Assembly (NCBI GenBank): GCA_963770935.1
Contig: CAVYRJ010000008.1
Coordinates: forward strand, 224,001-288,000
From: Candidatus Bathyarchaeota archaeon
Lineage (GTDB): Archaea > Thermoproteota > Bathyarchaeia > Bathyarchaeales > Bathycorpusculaceae
Direction: 5' to 3'
Length of the DNA: 64,000 nt
Shown in pieces: positions 61,226-64,000 of this stretch. The position numbers were made by a program, and so were the translations under genes. Below the pieces are notes generated by a model that did not search any database, was not told the origin of the DNA, and saw nothing but the letters and a program-made list of their open reading frames with translations. How positions within the stretch are numbered: the first letter of the stretch is position 1; each line of letters starts with the position of its first letter.

Positions 61226-61882
61226 TTGAGACAGAAAAAATCAACATTAGGCGAGCATCTTGCGCTTCTTTCGGTAAAATACAACATTTACCCTAACGAA
61301 GTTTTTCAAGCATTAATCACCGCAAGAAACAATGAGAAAGCGGTCTGCGGCAACCTAACAGTAGAATACCGCGGCAAAGTAAAAGGTGAAACAATTTTCC
61401 TTATAACAAAAGATAGCGCCGTTGTTGCTCAATTCCGTGTTGGTGAAGAGTTCCTTCTAAGAAAAGATAATCCCTTCGAAAGTTGGATGAGCACTGATAA
61501 GATTCGCAAGAAAATCGCAAAACAAAACACCGAATCAATCTACACATCCATTCACGACTTAAGGGCAGGCATGAAACGGGTCAACTTGAAAGCGGAAGTT
61601 ATTGAAATTCCTAAACCAGCTCAGGTTCACACACAATTCGGTAACACAGTCATGGTAGTCAATGCATTGGTTGGGGATGACACTGGAAAAACTAAACTCT
61701 GCCTCTGGGAAGGACAAATCGGCGCAATCGCTGTTGGAAACAACATCGAGTTAAAAAATGCACAGGTGTGCGTTTTTCGGGGCGAGAGGCAACTGCGGCT
61801 TGGGAAGAACGGTGTTCTTAACGTTTTGTCAAGCTCTCCCGATGTTGTAAAACAACAGTTGGCTGCCGCAACAGTTAGATAA
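61226..61882 (+). CDS. SSB/RPA-type single OB-fold protein with an uncharacterised ~105-aa N-terminal domain
   Basis: IHDLRAGMKRVNLKAEVIE...VGDDTGKTKLCLWE..I..GNNIELKNA...FRGERQLRLG. Confidence 0.8.
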   Translation: MRQKKSTLGEHLALLSVKYNIYPNEVFQALITARNNEKAVCGNLTVEYRGKVKGETIFLITKDSAVVAQFRVGEEFLLRKDNPFESWMSTDKIRKKIAKQNTESIYTSIHDLRAGMKRVNLKAEVIEIPKPAQVHTQFGNTVMVVNALVGDDTGKTKLCLWEGQIGAIAVGNNIELKNAQVCVFRGERQLRLGKNGVLNVLSSSPDVVKQQLAAATVR

Positions 61883-61923
61883 AGAGTTCTTTTTTAAAAA
61901 AAACCTAAATTTTATTTTTAAAA

Positions 61924-62133
61924 CTATTTCCAGTCGGTTCTTCGTCTGGACCATGCCTGGCTTCCGTTAGAATCAGAACTTGACCCTTTATGTTCGGTTC
62001 CTCTTGGGGTACTATGTTTAGCTAGACATTCTCTACAATAAACGGGTTTACCTGCTGTTGGTTTAAAGGGAACAGTGGCGGCTTTGCCGCAGTCACTGCA
62101 TTTAATTTCGGTTACATTTGATCTTTGGGACAT
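61924..62133 (-). CDS. CxxC-x17-CxxC domain protein with a low-complexity Arg/Trp tail
   Basis: CSDCGKAATVPFKPTAGKPVYCREC; C-terminus AWSRRRTDWK; GGAG SD. Confidence 0.88.
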   Translation of the reverse strand: MSQRSNVTEIKCSDCGKAATVPFKPTAGKPVYCRECLAKHSTPRGTEHKGSSSDSNGSQAWSRRRTDWK

Positions 62134-62459
62134 TAAATTACTCCATACTATGTGAAAATTCGGGAAAAGTTTCCTTATTTTTCGAGTATTTAAAAGTGGA
62201 AGGTTGACTTAAACGTTTCCATAATTCTGCATGCTCCTGTATTACGGATAGGAAATTTTGCTTTTGCCTTCCATAAGCGACCGTGTAAATTCTACTGATT
62301 GTTGTTTGGAAGAGAAAATCTAAAACAGCGAGTTGAGTTAAAGCCTGGAATAACCGCCTAAAACAGGTTTTTTCCAAGTTTTTATCGCCGTTTTAGGAAG
62401 ACAGTTTTTATAGATGTATGAAGTATTTGGTTGGACAAGAGAAGAGGGAAAACAGTTAA

Positions 62460-63116
62460 TTGACGCTTATAGTTGATGACGCTGGCAGCGGAGATTTGCT
62501 TCACGGAGTTGTAGTCGGCGCATACCATGAAGAAACAGGCGAATTCAAATATGACCTAATCGACGTCAGATTCTACCAAGACATCTTCCGCGAAAAAGAA
62601 TATTTGCAAGAATCCTCACGTGTCGTCTCCAAACTTGTCTCCCGCTTCAACCTAAAGCCCGACGAAGCCATCCACATTTGCCAAGGCTGCATTTTCGACG
62701 TTGCCGCAGAAGAACTCCAGAAAGTTTACGGCGAAGATCGCGTGAAACGGATAAGAGTTATCGGAGAAGCTCAAAGGCTTGTAGAAATCGCTTATTTGGA
62801 CGAAATACGCAACTTGGGCTACGAACCCCTCGCTGAACGGGAAGAAAAAAGAGGCAAAAGCTTCTTCCACATGATGCGATGGCTAAAAGACAACCCAGAA
62901 ATGCTACGTTACGCCAAGACAGGGTGGCCACGCCTAAAAAACTACCAGATGTTCAAACAGTACCACTCGCTACAAGCCTTCAACGCTATATGTAGCGAAT
63001 GCGGAACCGAATGCGAAGTCCCATTTAAACCCAAAGCAGACAAACCGGTGTATTGCCGAAAATGCTGGTCAAATCATAAACCTGTTCACGGAAAAGGAAA
63101 AGCAATAAAACATTAA
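62460..63116 (+). CDS. RNase H-like (RNase HII N-terminal motif) protein fused to a C-terminal CxxC-x17-CxxC domain
   Basis: IVDDAGSGDLLHGVVVG resembles RNase HII G.DEAG.G...G..V; C-terminal CSECGTECEVPFKPKADKPVYCRKC. Confidence 0.75.
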   Translation: MTLIVDDAGSGDLLHGVVVGAYHEETGEFKYDLIDVRFYQDIFREKEYLQESSRVVSKLVSRFNLKPDEAIHICQGCIFDVAAEELQKVYGEDRVKRIRVIGEAQRLVEIAYLDEIRNLGYEPLAEREEKRGKSFFHMMRWLKDNPEMLRYAKTGWPRLKNYQMFKQYHSLQAFNAICSECGTECEVPFKPKADKPVYCRKCWSNHKPVHGKGKAIKH

Positions 63117-63138
63117 ACTTGATTGGTGAAAATTGACA

Positions 63139-63453
63139 ATGAATGTAATATTTGATTTTAACTCAAACTGGTATATACTCTTATTCGCCTTCTTAGGAGC
63201 ATGGGCAGTTCTGCTGGTTGTTCGCCGCAAATGGATAGCAACACACGAAGTCAAACAACAAATTTTCCTAGCGTTTGGCGGGATGATTTCGCTGGCACTT
63301 ATGGAGTTCTTCGCAGTATCCACCGGACTTTGGAATTATACTCCAGGCAACTGGCCTGTGATTTTATGGCCCACTTACTTCGCGGCCATACTTTTCGGCT
63401 ATCAACTACTTAGATCAATCGAAAGCCTAATCCCACACAGACCAGTCATCTAA
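63139..63453 (+). CDS. Small 3-TM membrane protein
   Basis: Hydrophobic segments; EFFAVSTGLWNY, W..YF. Confidence 0.65.
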   Translation: MNVIFDFNSNWYILLFAFLGAWAVLLVVRRKWIATHEVKQQIFLAFGGMISLALMEFFAVSTGLWNYTPGNWPVILWPTYFAAILFGYQLLRSIESLIPHRPVI

Positions 63454-63742
63454 ATTTATTTTAACCCAGTTAAAACAAATGAATTAAAGTTGGCATTGAA
63501 AATTGAAGACGACTCGAATCAGCTTTACTACTCAAGACCTGAATAAAAAGTGCTAATTGTCACAGACCTAACTGACTGAGTTTAAATGTTTGCTCGGATG
63601 GGATTATTCAGCAATTTTCAAGAATCAGCATAGATGAGCTTATCGAAAGAACCGGGAAAGACTATAAGATGGCTGAGCAAAACCACTAATAATCTTAGCG
63701 CTTAAATACGGATTACCAATGAATACAGTGAGCCTGTTTTGG

Positions 63743-64000
63743 TTGAGCTCTAACAGCAAGCAAATTGTCTGGTATGGAAAACCCTAGATTGTTCCAGCAG
63801 CCCCCATCCGAACCACCATAATAATCGCGGTTGCAGTAATTATTTTATGGCTTGAACTTTTCTCTGGGGTAGCGTCAAAAGGTTTATTCTGGTTGGCCGG
63901 TTTGGGGTTGGACATTACTTGCATTTGCTAAGATTTGGCTAATTGGAATACTTGACCTTCTTATTTTCCGATTAGCCTATACCTACATCCTACGCAAGAC
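63743..64000 (+). pseudogene. Disrupted membrane protein (possibly bPH-domain family), running off the window
   Basis: MSSNSKQIVWYGKP*IVPAAPIRTTIIIAVAVIILWLELF... with TAG at 63785 and a later frameshift. Confidence 0.45.

Overview
Archaeal chromosomal window, most consistent with Bathyarchaeia: archaeal TIM, Dph5, RibK/RibL, eL33, aIF-1A, GGR and Mre11/Rad50, many TTG starts, and PQQ-propeller surface proteins. I saw no rRNA, tRNA, CRISPR array or intact transposase. About 15 genes, several of them housekeeping, are split by single-base frameshifts, which points to long-read consensus errors rather than mass decay. Main blocks: a TrmB-CBS regulator with a sugar/glycogen cluster; two surface-protein genes bracketed by a degenerate inverted repeat; a two-domain Rpo5 resembling eukaryotic RPB5; ModE-tupABC with a clear ModE box; a ~1,890-aa DUF4011 SF1 helicase-nuclease (Hhe-like); thiolase/DUF35; cobD-cbiB; dph5-ribL-ribK; asnA(AS-AR)-pckG with a divergent Lrp; mre11-rad50; and a corrinoid-salvage cluster containing two apparently catalytically degenerate domains. 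The best candidate for an undescribed system is 59.5-63.1 kb. It holds aIF-1A, a LysW-like Zn ribbon with no canonical start codon, an unannotated 44-aa Cys/Lys protein, an SSB-type OB-fold fusion, and three CxxC-x17-CxxC domains, one fused to an RNase H-like protein. Several of these genes have structured, SD-bearing 5' leaders, suggesting an RNA-chaperone or cold-shock-like locus.
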